Source of the DNA: a virus
Taxonomy: Duplodnaviria; Heunggongvirae; Uroviricota; Caudoviricetes
IMG/VR virus record: IMGVR_UViG_3300028797_000097
Direction: 5' to 3' (one strand)
Length of the DNA: 52,832 nucleotides
The first letter of the stretch is position 1; each line of letters starts with the position of its first letter. Shown in pieces: positions 34,974 through 44,117 of this stretch. The notes beneath the pieces are model-generated. The model saw only the letters and a list, made by a program, of their open reading frames with translations, had not been told where the DNA came from and did not search any database. The translations under genes were made by a program, and so were the position numbers.

Positions 34974-35411
34974 TTATTCCTCTATAATTTGCTTTTGTAT
35001 TTCATCATGAATTTTGGTGACTGTATCATCGCCCCAAACATTTTTAATACAATTAATATTATACTTAATAGTTTCGATTGTATCTTGAATAGCCTTGGTT
35101 CTATTTGTCATATCAAAATAAATTTCTGAATAACAACATGAATCATCATAACTATACCAAGAATTAATAAAATAAACTTCCTCGTCTATTAAATCACCAA
35201 CTTCATCCTGAATTTTTTTACCAATATAATCTGGTTTAAATTCATTTACATTATCTGCATACTTAGAACAGTCATCTGCTTCTAAAACACATTCACTAAT
35301 GAATTCTAAGAATTCTTTTATATAACCATTATGATAAGTTACAAAAAATTGTTGTGGATCTTTTTCATCTAACCGTTTATAATTAAATAATGTCTTATAT
35401 GTCTCGGTCAT
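34974..35411 (-). CDS. hypothetical acidic protein
   Basis: 145-aa ORF. Confidence 0.7.
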   Translation of the reverse strand: MTETYKTLFNYKRLDEKDPQQFFVTYHNGYIKEFLEFISECVLEADDCSKYADNVNEFKPDYIGKKIQDEVGDLIDEEVYFINSWYSYDDSCCYSEIYFDMTNRTKAIQDTIETIKYNINCIKNVWGDDTVTKIHDEIQKQIIEE

Positions 35412-35592
35412 TTTTATATTCCTTAATTAATCCATTAACTGCTTCAATAATATAAAGAACTGTAAATGTCACAGTAATTACAGCAGTTAACCATAACGGC
35501 ATTGTCTTTTCTATAGTAATAAATGCTACAGAACAAGCTAACATAATAATTATTTCTGCAATAAAATATTTCCAAAAGTAGCTACTAAACAT
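35395..35592 (-). CDS. small two-TM membrane protein
   Basis: Two hydrophobic helices. Confidence 0.65.
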   Translation of the reverse strand: MFSSYFWKYFIAEIIIMLACSVAFITIEKTMPLWLTAVITVTFTVLYIIEAVNGLIKEYKNDRDI

Positions 35593-36142
35593 CTAAATTC
35601 TCCGGGTGTAAAAATCTAACTTCTATATTAAAATTATGTTTATTTGTAAACATTCTGGATTCTATTTCTTCTTCATTATTAGTATCATCAATAAGAATAA
35701 ATCTATCAGTATTTATTATATCACATTGGGCATTTTTGAAATCAATTAAATCTTTCACTTGTTGAATAAAACAGGTTTGTTTTTCAAGGCCAAAACGTTT
35801 CATTGCTCCAGGTATATGTAAATCTTCAATTAGTATTTCATCTGAACTATTAACCCATTCATGTTTAACTGCACATTGAATAGAATCATCTTTTGTCCAG
35901 ACAAGACCTCTATTGTCTTCTGGTATTTCTAATCTATCAAATAAATTTTTAACAATTTCTTGGTTAATTTCTGAACGTTCTTTCCAACCCCAAGTAAATA
36001 AATGACATTTGACTCCAGGGTGTGTTATAATAAAATGGGCTTTTAACCATCTAACAATATTATCACACTTACGTGGAAGAAAGGAACAATTCCACAGATC
36101 ATCGATAATTGTATTTTCTATGTCAAAAAATATATGAATCAT
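35585..36142 (-). CDS. HAD-superfamily-like protein
   Basis: IFFDIENTII (DxE variant of motif I), LFTWG, FILIDD. Confidence 0.6.
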   Translation of the reverse strand: MIHIFFDIENTIIDDLWNCSFLPRKCDNIVRWLKAHFIITHPGVKCHLFTWGWKERSEINQEIVKNLFDRLEIPEDNRGLVWTKDDSIQCAVKHEWVNSSDEILIEDLHIPGAMKRFGLEKQTCFIQQVKDLIDFKNAQCDIINTDRFILIDDTNNEEEIESRMFTNKHNFNIEVRFLHPENLDV

Positions 36143-36148
36143 AATCTA

Positions 36149-36177
36149 AATATAGAAAAAATAGGATAAAATGTAAA
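36149..36177 (-). promoter_or_regulatory. sigma70-like early promoter, probably leaderless transcript
   Basis: TTTACA-N17-TATATT; ATG 7 nt downstream, no SD. Confidence 0.75.
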
Positions 36178-36181
36178 TACC

Positions 36182-36622
36182 CTATTTACTATTCTCTTTG
36201 ATCAGTTTCCTTTGTATTTTCTCCATCTCTTCATCATTACGTTTAATTATATTTTCTAATTTTACCCGATGATTTTGAATAGATAATAATTTTTCATATA
36301 ATTTTTCTTGTTTTTTAAGATTTTTTTCTTTTGAAATGGATTTTTCTAATTTTCTTTCATCATATTTACAACGAGCGATTGATGGACTAAAGTCCCAATC
36401 CCAATGAGCACCGGTTCCATGAAACTGAGCGAACGTCCCTTCAGGAGTATGACCTGAAACACCTGGAGCTTGCCAGAGAAATGGAAATAAATCTTCAACA
36501 CAGGTTACTTCTACTTTTTCGTCATTATAATAAATGACATCTCGTTCAGTATCGAATGTTTCCTTTAATGTCCCATAAGAACATCTACCCAAATCTCTAA
36601 AAGCTTTAAGTGTTATAATCAT
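36182..36622 (-). CDS. hypothetical protein with C-terminal coiled coil
   Basis: 146-aa ORF, AAGGA RBS. Confidence 0.7.
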   Translation of the reverse strand: MIITLKAFRDLGRCSYGTLKETFDTERDVIYYNDEKVEVTCVEDLFPFLWQAPGVSGHTPEGTFAQFHGTGAHWDWDFSPSIARCKYDERKLEKSISKEKNLKKQEKLYEKLLSIQNHRVKLENIIKRNDEEMEKIQRKLIKENSK

Positions 36623-36631
36623 TTATTTTCC

Positions 36632-36982
36632 TTAGGCATTAATTGTTGCACGTTCATCTCTAAATCGTTCTTCATCAATTTTCTTACTATATGCTTTAAT
36701 TGCATTCTTCATGAAAGATTCAGCTTCAGCTTTATCCATCTTACCGGTATGAACCTTAAAGATACGGCGTTCTCTTAAATCCTTTCCACAATGTGGACAG
36801 AAATTAATAGGTGCTATTGTTCCATTATGGCTGATATACCATGGATGTTCATCACCATGTCTATAAAACAAATGCCAGCTGCCAGACCCAAAGGTATCTG
36901 CAGAAAAACGTTTAAACCATTTTCTAGGAGTTGGATCTCCTTCTTTGGTTTCAAATTCTACATGTTCACAATATTCACACAT
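36632..36982 (-). CDS. zinc-finger protein (CxxC...CPHCG)
   Basis: MCEYCE...INFCPHCGKDL. Confidence 0.7.
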   Translation of the reverse strand: MCEYCEHVEFETKEGDPTPRKWFKRFSADTFGSGSWHLFYRHGDEHPWYISHNGTIAPINFCPHCGKDLRERRIFKVHTGKMDKAEAESFMKNAIKAYSKKIDEERFRDERATINA

Positions 36983-36986
36983 AATT

Positions 36987-37448
36987 TTAATCCATATAAA
37001 TTATATCGGTATTCGTTAAAATATTTACCTTATTAAGATCAATATATTTCATACCTTCTTGCCAAGGTTTTGAAAGACCTGGACCGATAATACAAAACGC
37101 GCCGATACCGTAAACAATTTCTACTTCTGACCATTTATCATTATATTTCAAATAGATATGGTAGTTTTCCCATTCATCTTTATCATCCGACCAGATAAAC
37201 TCCCTGAAACTTTTGTTCCAAAGATTCTGATAGAAAAACTCCATACATGACCAGATTTCGTCTTTATCTTTGCCCCTATACTTATACATTAAAGATTCTT
37301 CTTCAAACACCTTCTGCTTATCTACGATTTCCCTAAGCTTGCCAAGCATCTTGCCCAGCTTAATCCGTTCCTTGAGCATTACATCAAAATGCCCTATATA
37401 TTCAGGGTTATCAGAATTCTTTACAATAACTCTATAAGGTTTAGCCAT
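36987..37448 (-). CDS. hypothetical protein
   Basis: 153-aa ORF. Confidence 0.7.
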   Translation of the reverse strand: MAKPYRVIVKNSDNPEYIGHFDVMLKERIKLGKMLGKLREIVDKQKVFEEESLMYKYRGKDKDEIWSCMEFFYQNLWNKSFREFIWSDDKDEWENYHIYLKYNDKWSEVEIVYGIGAFCIIGPGLSKPWQEGMKYIDLNKVNILTNTDIIYMD

Positions 37449-37449
37449 A

Positions 37450-38319
37450 TTAACTCCACTTATCTATATATCTCTTTGCGACTTTACTGCCTTGAGCGGC
37501 ATCAATTACTGTTCTTAATGTTGTAATCTTCTCATGTTCCCTTTCAGTAAAATCATATTGCTTATCACCATAAGCAAGTTCATCGAGTTCGTCTTTAAGT
37601 TCTTCCAGCGTTACTTTAGCCGGATATTTACGCTTTCTGAACCATTCTTCATAATGCTTATCTTCAATAGGTCTGACCTTAACTTTATGTTCCTTAAACC
37701 ATTCAACACGACGGTCAGTAAATTCCCAGTCAATAGTTCTGTCAATACCGAAATGACTAAGAAAACCGTCAAGCGTATCAGGCGAGACATGAGTTAAAAA
37801 TTCTGCAATATCAGAAGCCTTTTCCAGAGTTAATTGTTCATCATAGAAACGATGACTATTTGCTAATTGAATGTTAAAAAGTTTATCTCTAAACTTTTCA
37901 TTCTTATCATAATCATCATCGAATTCTTTGATTTTAGAATAAGCATTACCATTAAATGTGTGCTTTTCATCGCCAGAAACGGTAATGTTAATTTCTTCAA
38001 CCCTTAAGAAATGTTCAAGTCTCCTAAGGAATGCATCTGTTTCGTCAATAGTTTCCTGATCTTCTCGATCACGTAAAGAACCGACTACAGTAATATAACC
38101 ATAATCCCATGTATCTGCGGATTCAGATGTATAGCAGGAAGGATGATAACCGCAATGAACAAAAAATCTTACAGGAGATTCAGAACCTGTAATATCAACA
38201 CCACGCTTTCTGATTTGACGAATTGACCAGAGAATATAATCTTCAATTCTACTTCTTACAGAAGTACTAAACGGCGTTTCGACACTGATTGTTCCATTCA
38301 CATATGTCCAATGTGACAT
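37450..38319 (-). CDS. hypothetical protein
   Basis: 289-aa ORF, AGGT RBS, first after promoter 38349. Confidence 0.75.
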   Translation of the reverse strand: MSHWTYVNGTISVETPFSTSVRSRIEDYILWSIRQIRKRGVDITGSESPVRFFVHCGYHPSCYTSESADTWDYGYITVVGSLRDREDQETIDETDAFLRRLEHFLRVEEINITVSGDEKHTFNGNAYSKIKEFDDDYDKNEKFRDKLFNIQLANSHRFYDEQLTLEKASDIAEFLTHVSPDTLDGFLSHFGIDRTIDWEFTDRRVEWFKEHKVKVRPIEDKHYEEWFRKRKYPAKVTLEELKDELDELAYGDKQYDFTEREHEKITTLRTVIDAAQGSKVAKRYIDKWS

Positions 38320-38348
38320 TTATACCTACCTTTCTAAAATACAAAGTA

Positions 38349-38377
38349 AATATAATAAAAACAGGGTTTTTTGTAAA
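38349..38377 (-). promoter_or_regulatory. sigma70-like early promoter with short hairpin
   Basis: TTTACA-N17-TATATT; agggttt/aaaccct. Confidence 0.75.
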
Positions 38378-38387
38378 CCCTATTAAA

Positions 38388-38681
38388 TTAATACCACCAT
38401 GCTGCAATATGATGTTTGCAACTTGGACATTCTGTACAAACTGCATGTCTTACTGTTTCTTCTTCACAATGTAATCGAATTCCAGCTACTACATAATCAT
38501 AAGGTTTTTCAATAAATCTATAAACCCACATTTCATTTGGATTTACACTAAATGCTGCCTTACAATGTTTGCATTGAAATGAAGTACCTCTTGGAAAATT
38601 CCGATATTTGTATGCATCATCTAATTCGACATTATAACTTGACGCACCGAGTGTTTCTTGCACTTCTTCAGCTGTCACCAT
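38388..38681 (-). CDS. zinc-ribbon protein
   Basis: CKHC ... CPSC pairs. Confidence 0.7.
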   Translation of the reverse strand: MVTAEEVQETLGASSYNVELDDAYKYRNFPRGTSFQCKHCKAAFSVNPNEMWVYRFIEKPYDYVVAGIRLHCEEETVRHAVCTECPSCKHHIAAWWY

Positions 38682-39186
38682 AAGTTACTCCTAAATTTGG
38701 AACTTCCCTAGCATCATAATCTTTATTTACTAAAGTTTTAATTCCAGCTATATAATCCGTATATTTTGCATTATAAGCATCTATTTCATTAATTACATCT
38801 TCTTTAGATAATTCTGTATAATGATTACTATAAAATTCAACCGTTGGAGTAAATTCTTTATCTTTTACCCTATGATTAAAAATAGTATTATTAAATATTT
38901 TAATTTCTACTAAAACCTTAGCACAAACTGAATGACAATCCGAAGTTATTTCGTTAACGCAGTCAATAGCATCGATTAATGCATAACTGACTTGATACCT
39001 ATCTAATTCTTCTGGAATAGGATTATAATCATAAGCTGCATGAATAATCTTTATCCACTTACCATTAAGTTTAGAATACTCTTCTTTTATGGTAGCAGTT
39101 TTAGCTTCTTCTAATTCGACTTGCAGTCTCTTTATATCTAGTTTAATATCTTCTATACTTCTCATGCAATAAGTTCCCTTCCGCAC
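38668..39186 (-). CDS. hypothetical protein (start uncertain)
   Basis: N-terminal coiled coil. Confidence 0.65.
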   Translation of the reverse strand: MRKGTYCMRSIEDIKLDIKRLQVELEEAKTATIKEEYSKLNGKWIKIIHAAYDYNPIPEELDRYQVSYALIDAIDCVNEITSDCHSVCAKVLVEIKIFNNTIFNHRVKDKEFTPTVEFYSNHYTELSKEDVINEIDAYNAKYTDYIAGIKTLVNKDYDAREVPNLGVTYGDS

Positions 39187-39392
39187 ATTGGACAGAATTT
39201 AATTTGCTTTGAAACGCAACGTCTAACCCAATCATAACTACATTCATCATCGATACTGACGCGAATTCTAAAACCGCCTGACTTATCATATTGAATGAAG
39301 ATAGTAGAATTACCATCATCTGATAAATCTTTTTTACAATGACAGAATAAGCATTTTGGTTTATCCGTTGTTATTGGAAATTTTTTATCCAT
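39162..39392 (-). CDS. zinc-finger protein (CxxC...CPMCG), like 36632
   Basis: CLFCHC...IKFCPMCGREL. Confidence 0.7.
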   Translation of the reverse strand: MDKKFPITTDKPKCLFCHCKKDLSDDGNSTIFIQYDKSGGFRIRVSIDDECSYDWVRRCVSKQIKFCPMCGRELIA

Positions 39393-39817
39393 TAAAACTT
39401 AGCCTTGATTTCTAATTTTTTATCAGTAGTAACATCGACATTCAAAGGAAATACATGTTTACAAACACATTCTTTCTTAGAATGAGTATAAAGAACTTCC
39501 TTTAATCGTGAATCATAGAACTTGATATTAATGTCAAGCCATGTTCTATTTCTAACGAATTCATTTAACTGTTGCCAAGTCTTGAAATCTTCAAATTCAT
39601 CAAATGTAATATCAAATCCGTTATCGTCTTCATGAAAATCAACTTTTCTAGCCTTAAGCATAAGGTCATCATACTTATAACCAGTTTGACTATTAATAAA
39701 TTCAACCTGGAACAAATAACCCCTTGCTAAATTAGGCCAATTTCCCAAAGTTTTAAAAACGTTCATCGGATTTGACTTCTGAATTTCATCAAAAATTTCT
39801 TTAATTTTATTTTGCAT
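39392..39817 (-). CDS. hypothetical protein, weak resemblance to tail-tube (gp19-like) fold
   Basis: LARGYLFQVEF, LKARKVDF, ITFDEFED; resemblance only. Confidence 0.35.
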   Translation of the reverse strand: MQNKIKEIFDEIQKSNPMNVFKTLGNWPNLARGYLFQVEFINSQTGYKYDDLMLKARKVDFHEDDNGFDITFDEFEDFKTWQQLNEFVRNRTWLDINIKFYDSRLKEVLYTHSKKECVCKHVFPLNVDVTTDKKLEIKAKF

Positions 39818-39819
39818 AT

Positions 39820-40245
39820 TTATTCCTTACTTGGTTTTGGACTGTCGAGATATGGAGGAAAATCCTTAGGCTTTTCTCTTAAAGCTTTTTGCTTTTCGTA
39901 ATGAGCTTTCCTGCGTTCCTGCGTATCTGCTTCTTTTTGTTTATTAAATTCTTCCCAAAAACTAGCATCTAATGCTGTCTCACCTGTATATGTGATTGTA
40001 GTAGGTTCAAATGGATTTTGCGGATAAACCTGACAACCATACAATGCAACTACATCTGGGTGTCTAATCCAGGTATCATCATTTGGAAAATTTGGATTAT
40101 ATGGATTGGGTTTGTAATCATCTGGTAACTTCTGGATTTCACCAATTGACTGACCCGCTTGGCCATCTTTAGCCATTTCACGAGTTAACTCTAAGAACTC
40201 CTCTGGAGTACATTCTATATCGAATCCGTTAATTCTTACTTTCAT
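39820..40245 (-). CDS. hypothetical protein
   Basis: MKVRINGFDIECTPEEF, P/N-rich centre. Confidence 0.7.
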   Translation of the reverse strand: MKVRINGFDIECTPEEFLELTREMAKDGQAGQSIGEIQKLPDDYKPNPYNPNFPNDDTWIRHPDVVALYGCQVYPQNPFEPTTITYTGETALDASFWEEFNKQKEADTQERRKAHYEKQKALREKPKDFPPYLDSPKPSKE

Positions 40246-40248
40246 AAT

Positions 40249-40764
40249 TTAATCCTCTTCATCTTTGGATTCTTCATGTTGTTTTCTATAAATTTCTTCC
40301 ATTCTTGCCATTTCTTTCTTAGCCCAATTAGCATCATCACCATTATTAATCCAGTTAATAATCGGATTTTGAATGTATTTAATCCATAACGAAACTAAGT
40401 AGAAAAATACTGCAAGAATCACTATAATAATTTCAAGCATTGCCATGAGACAACCAATAACTGTAGTAATTCCATCAAACCATGTCTTAGGTGACAATGA
40501 TTCTTGATATTTATAAAAATCTGCACAGGTTGTATTAGGAACAAGGTCATATCTATCTCTTGCGCCTTTCTTGACTGCTACCAATGCATAATTCATTTCT
40601 TGATCGTCAAAGATAAATGTTTCTTCAGAAACACATTCAGGTGATTCGAGGAAGTAATGACCTTTGTGGTAAATATACTTTCCGCCTACAAAATTGCAGA
40701 ATAACAAAGAACCAATAATAACGGCGCTAAGGAAATATCTTAAAATTCGTTTAAACATCTTCAT
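40249..40764 (-). CDS. two-TM membrane protein, paralog of 40766..41209
   Basis: ATG 40764 with GGAGG RBS; TM-loop(EC...TC.D.Y)-TM. Confidence 0.7.
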   Translation of the reverse strand: MKMFKRILRYFLSAVIIGSLLFCNFVGGKYIYHKGHYFLESPECVSEETFIFDDQEMNYALVAVKKGARDRYDLVPNTTCADFYKYQESLSPKTWFDGITTVIGCLMAMLEIIIVILAVFFYLVSLWIKYIQNPIINWINNGDDANWAKKEMARMEEIYRKQHEESKDEED

Positions 40765-40765
40765 A

Positions 40766-41209
40766 TTAGTCGTCCTCCTCTTCGTCGTTGTCTTCTTTAA
40801 GCCAGTCATAAACTTTTGAAATCAAGAAGAAAATTAAATATACTAATCCGCAAACAATTACTGCTGCATCAGCCAATATAATAAGAGCACCAAGCAATCC
40901 CAATGGAAGTGGCAAGTCTACGTCATAATTCTTGTTTACGTAATAATCATAACAAGTCTTATATTTAGATATTTGATAAATTGTCTCTCGGTCAGGAGTA
41001 ACCGCATAAGCATAATATTGTTTTTCACTTGCACAGTTCGGCATTCTTGAAACTTCGACACATTCAAGATGGTCAACTTCATCATTTGCCGCAAGGACCT
41101 TATAAGGCAAGTATTGAATTGCAATACACAATAGTACAATAATTGCAATAATAATTTTATGTCTTTTGTTATATTTTTTGTCGTAGTGAATATAATCGCT
41201 ATTAACCAT
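40766..41209 (-). CDS. two-TM membrane protein, paralog of 40249..40764
   Basis: TM-loop(ECV...TCYDYY)-TM, acidic tail. Confidence 0.7.
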   Translation of the reverse strand: MVNSDYIHYDKKYNKRHKIIIAIIVLLCIAIQYLPYKVLAANDEVDHLECVEVSRMPNCASEKQYYAYAVTPDRETIYQISKYKTCYDYYVNKNYDVDLPLPLGLLGALIILADAAVIVCGLVYLIFFLISKVYDWLKEDNDEEEDD

Positions 41210-41212
41210 TTT

Positions 41213-41488
41213 TTACTCCCACTTTTGTTCTAAGTAACCTTTACCATTGCAACGAGTACAACGTTCCCACTCATAATGACCTTCTACATGACCAACATCA
41301 TAGTTGTCATAAGAATCAATCCATCTACCACGAAAACCTTTTTCACCATGACATTTGGGGCAAGTGATACGAGTTCCTGCTTTACGTCGTTCATAATCGA
41401 TACATGCATCTTCAGTACTAAATTCAGTCCCGTCATTAGCATAATAGAACTCTCGTTCTACCATTACTGGTTTCTTTCTTGTATACAT
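41213..41488 (-). CDS. DnaJ-type zinc-finger protein
   Basis: CPKCHGEK and CTRCNGKG (CxxCxGxG). Confidence 0.75.
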   Translation of the reverse strand: MYTRKKPVMVEREFYYANDGTEFSTEDACIDYERRKAGTRITCPKCHGEKGFRGRWIDSYDNYDVGHVEGHYEWERCTRCNGKGYLEQKWE

Positions 41489-41883
41489 TAGTTTTTTCCT
41501 TTTTCGTAATTGTTAATTACATTTTTAAGAGAATCAATTATATATTTTTCGTCTACTACCTGAATATTGACATTATAGTCTATAGAATCCTGATACCATT
41601 TTGCCTTTTTCTTAAGACAACTTACAGTTTCTTCTTGACATTTTGGTTTCATGGCATAGAACATTTCAAATCTTTTTTCTTTGTCTGGTGCAAAATTAAA
41701 TAATAAAATACCTACAATAGTGCATACAACACCCAGAATAAGCTCGGCAGTGTCTTCACTTTCCCAGTATTTACGTTTAATTCTGTTATGAATAAACGTT
41801 GATAATGCAAGAACACCGAATACTCCTACAAAAATACCTGTCGCTTCAAAAATCCAGGTTAAAAAATTAACAGCTGACATCAT
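41488..41883 (-). CDS. two-TM membrane protein
   Basis: Two hydrophobic helices. Confidence 0.65.
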   Translation of the reverse strand: MMSAVNFLTWIFEATGIFVGVFGVLALSTFIHNRIKRKYWESEDTAELILGVVCTIVGILLFNFAPDKEKRFEMFYAMKPKCQEETVSCLKKKAKWYQDSIDYNVNIQVVDEKYIIDSLKNVINNYEKGKN

Positions 41884-41897
41884 CTGATTTTTCTCCT

Positions 41898-42116
41898 TTA
41901 TCTAGCTTTTGATGTAATATGTAATAGATATTCTAGTTGTTTAATTTCTTTATCTTTTTCAGTAAGCAATTTATCGACATCTTCCTTACGATAGAATTTT
42001 TCATCACTATTCACAGAAGAATATTCCTCACCAACAATTGCTACAGTTTCGCTGCTATCATCAATAGAACCAATTTCAAACGAATATTCTTTTAATTTAA
42101 CTACTTCTTTTCCCAT
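41898..42116 (-). CDS. hypothetical protein
   Basis: 72 aa; likely leaderless first gene. Confidence 0.7.
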   Translation of the reverse strand: MGKEVVKLKEYSFEIGSIDDSSETVAIVGEEYSSVNSDEKFYRKEDVDKLLTEKDKEIKQLEYLLHITSKAR

Positions 42117-42122
42117 AATTCA

Positions 42123-42151
42123 AATATATAAAAAATTAAACGATTTGTCAA
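42123..42151 (-). promoter_or_regulatory. sigma70-like early promoter, probably leaderless transcript
   Basis: TTGACA-N17-TATATT; ATG 7 nt downstream. Confidence 0.8.
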
Positions 42152-42158
42152 CCCCGAC

Positions 42159-42166
42159 TATAAATA
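42159..42166 (+). promoter_or_regulatory. T4-type late promoter
   Basis: TATAAATA(ATAAAA). Confidence 0.75.
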
Positions 42167-42183
42167 ATAAAAAGGGATTTATT

Positions 42184-42516
42184 ATGACTATAAATGAAGC
42201 AAAAGAATTTCTTAAAAAGAATGGATATAAAATATTAAAAGAAGATGTGAACTCAGATGAAGCACCGGCATGGGAAGAAGGTTGGAAAGAATTATCTTTT
42301 AATGAAAAAAAGGCAGCACGCTGGCTTATGCAGAATTTTAATAAAGATCATAGAATTAATGAAGAAGATTTAGAAAAGTCTTTAGATGTAATAATTATTG
42401 AAGCAATTTTAGACCATAAAGATGAATGGCTTGAATTTATGTCTGATGAAAATATTGTAGATATGGTTTATGAATATTTAAATTCATTATCAGTAGATGG
42501 TCTTAATAACTTATAA
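42184..42516 (+). CDS. leader-family late protein, acidic cargo
   Basis: ATG 42184 MTINEAKEFLKKNGYKILKE. Confidence 0.75.
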   Translation: MTINEAKEFLKKNGYKILKEDVNSDEAPAWEEGWKELSFNEKKAARWLMQNFNKDHRINEEDLEKSLDVIIIEAILDHKDEWLEFMSDENIVDMVYEYLNSLSVDGLNNL

Positions 42517-42535
42517 TTAACGAGGATATATTGCT

Positions 42536-42976
42536 ATGAAACTTCAAGAAGCATTAAAGTTATTAAATAATTCTGGTTATATTTGTGAATCTACAGTTGT
42601 TGCAGCACCGACATTTGAAGAATATAAAAATGAAGTCTATCAGTTGCTTTCAAATCGTCTCGGTCAAGAACGTGCTGATATGATTATAGATTATGAAGAA
42701 AGAGAACTTCAGGATTATGCTTATAGGCAAGGTTGGTCAGTTAAGCAAGGTGCCGAAGCAGTCATTGAATGGACAACACCAAGTGAAAAACAGAAAGAAA
42801 TTTTAGATTTCATGTATAGTAACTGGGATGCTGATAATGAACGTTCTTACGGTCCAGATTCTGAATATGACGCAGTATGTGAACGTGCACGAGAACAATT
42901 CGAAGATTCAGAATCGCTTATTCCTAGCGATACTTATGAATTTGCGGTCCTTTATGGTAAAGAGATTAATGAATAA
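42536..42976 (+). CDS. leader-family late protein, acidic cargo
   Basis: MKLQEALKLLNNSGYICE; GAGGA RBS. Confidence 0.75.
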   Translation: MKLQEALKLLNNSGYICESTVVAAPTFEEYKNEVYQLLSNRLGQERADMIIDYEERELQDYAYRQGWSVKQGAEAVIEWTTPSEKQKEILDFMYSNWDADNERSYGPDSEYDAVCERAREQFEDSESLIPSDTYEFAVLYGKEINE

Positions 42977-42980
42977 AAAT

Positions 42981-43005
42981 AAGAGAGTTTAAAAACTCTC
43001 TTTTT
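42981..43005. terminator. bidirectional intrinsic terminator
   Basis: aagagagttt/aaactctctt with A/T tracts. Confidence 0.8.
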
Positions 43006-43273
43006 ATTTTACTTCATTACACTTCATGATTTTACCCTCTGTATCATAGTATGCTGATATTGCACTACGATTTCCAGCGGTATGATAAATATATGCATTA
43101 TTTGTTTTTCGGTCACAAATATAATACATATTAGGTATAATATTACCATCATCAATATGATAAAATGATGGTTTTAGACTGCTATTAACAGTCACACCTG
43201 GTTCCATAGGTGATACTTTTTCACAACCGATTAAGGTCATAGCAAATGCTAAAAGAATAAATAATTTTTTCAT
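43004..43273 (-). CDS. predicted lipoprotein
   Basis: ATG 43273 MKKLFILLAFAMTLIG-C lipobox-like signal. Confidence 0.7.
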   Translation of the reverse strand: MKKLFILLAFAMTLIGCEKVSPMEPGVTVNSSLKPSFYHIDDGNIIPNMYYICDRKTNNAYIYHTAGNRSAISAYYDTEGKIMKCNEVK

Positions 43274-43277
43274 AATT

Positions 43278-43688
43278 TTATCCGTATACTGTTGGTCCTG
43301 CTGGAAGATGATTTTTAAATTGTTTATAATATTCAAAATAAAAATTTACAGATTCTGTAGCAAATGACATCAGATCGCATTGTCCTTTGCTATATCTACA
43401 ATCTACTAAATATAAATCTATATCGTCTGATATAATATTTCTGAAAAATTCTTTAATAGAATCACCAAATTTATGCATAATCCAGATATCTACATCCATA
43501 CCTCCGCGAAAATCTGGAAAATCATAAAAAGTAAGTTTAAAAGTTAACGTAACTTTACAATTATTGAACCGATTTTTACTGAATTTTATACCAAATTCAT
43601 CTTTTAATACTGATGCAATAGCGATTGGCATTGAACCATCAATGTCTGAATTATTTTTGATTACTTGAAAATCATCATATATCGACAT
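43278..43688 (-). CDS. hypothetical protein
   Basis: 136 aa; likely leaderless first gene. Confidence 0.7.
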   Translation of the reverse strand: MSIYDDFQVIKNNSDIDGSMPIAIASVLKDEFGIKFSKNRFNNCKVTLTFKLTFYDFPDFRGGMDVDIWIMHKFGDSIKEFFRNIISDDIDLYLVDCRYSKGQCDLMSFATESVNFYFEYYKQFKNHLPAGPTVYG

Positions 43689-43695
43689 ATTTCAT

Positions 43696-43724
43696 AATAT
43701 AGAAAAAGGATTGACTTTCGTCAA
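43696..43724 (-). promoter_or_regulatory. sigma70-like early promoter fused to terminator hairpin
   Basis: TTGACG-N17-TATATT; ttgac-tttc-gtcaa core identical to 479-492. Confidence 0.8.
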
Positions 43725-43748
43725 CCCTTTTTTGAACATACATGGTAA

Positions 43749-44117
43749 TTAGACTGTAATCTCCGATGTAACATAGACTGGATTTAAACCTTGTGCTATC
43801 GCAGTAGCATTTGCACATGGTGCGTTCCAGTCAATAGTATGAATTAATTTATAACCTTCTGATATTAATTCGTCTACTGCCGATTTCTTAAATGGTGGCA
43901 AGTTATTAATAACAGATTCTCTAATAAATTCTGTTGCCTTATCTTTTGGCAGTCTAGCGATTGGAATCCAATTATTTGCAACAACGTAACGGTCACCACC
44001 ATTTTTGAGAACTGTTTTAACTTCTTCTTTAAATTTTTTACTTTTTTCTTCTGAAAGAAGTTGACCTTCTGAAGGAGTTAAATTACTACATGCACCAAAT
44101 AAATTATCACCCATCAT
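43749..44117 (-). CDS. hypothetical protein
   Basis: 122-aa ORF. Confidence 0.65.
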   Translation of the reverse strand: MMGDNLFGACSNLTPSEGQLLSEEKSKKFKEEVKTVLKNGGDRYVVANNWIPIARLPKDKATEFIRESVINNLPPFKKSAVDELISEGYKLIHTIDWNAPCANATAIAQGLNPVYVTSEITV

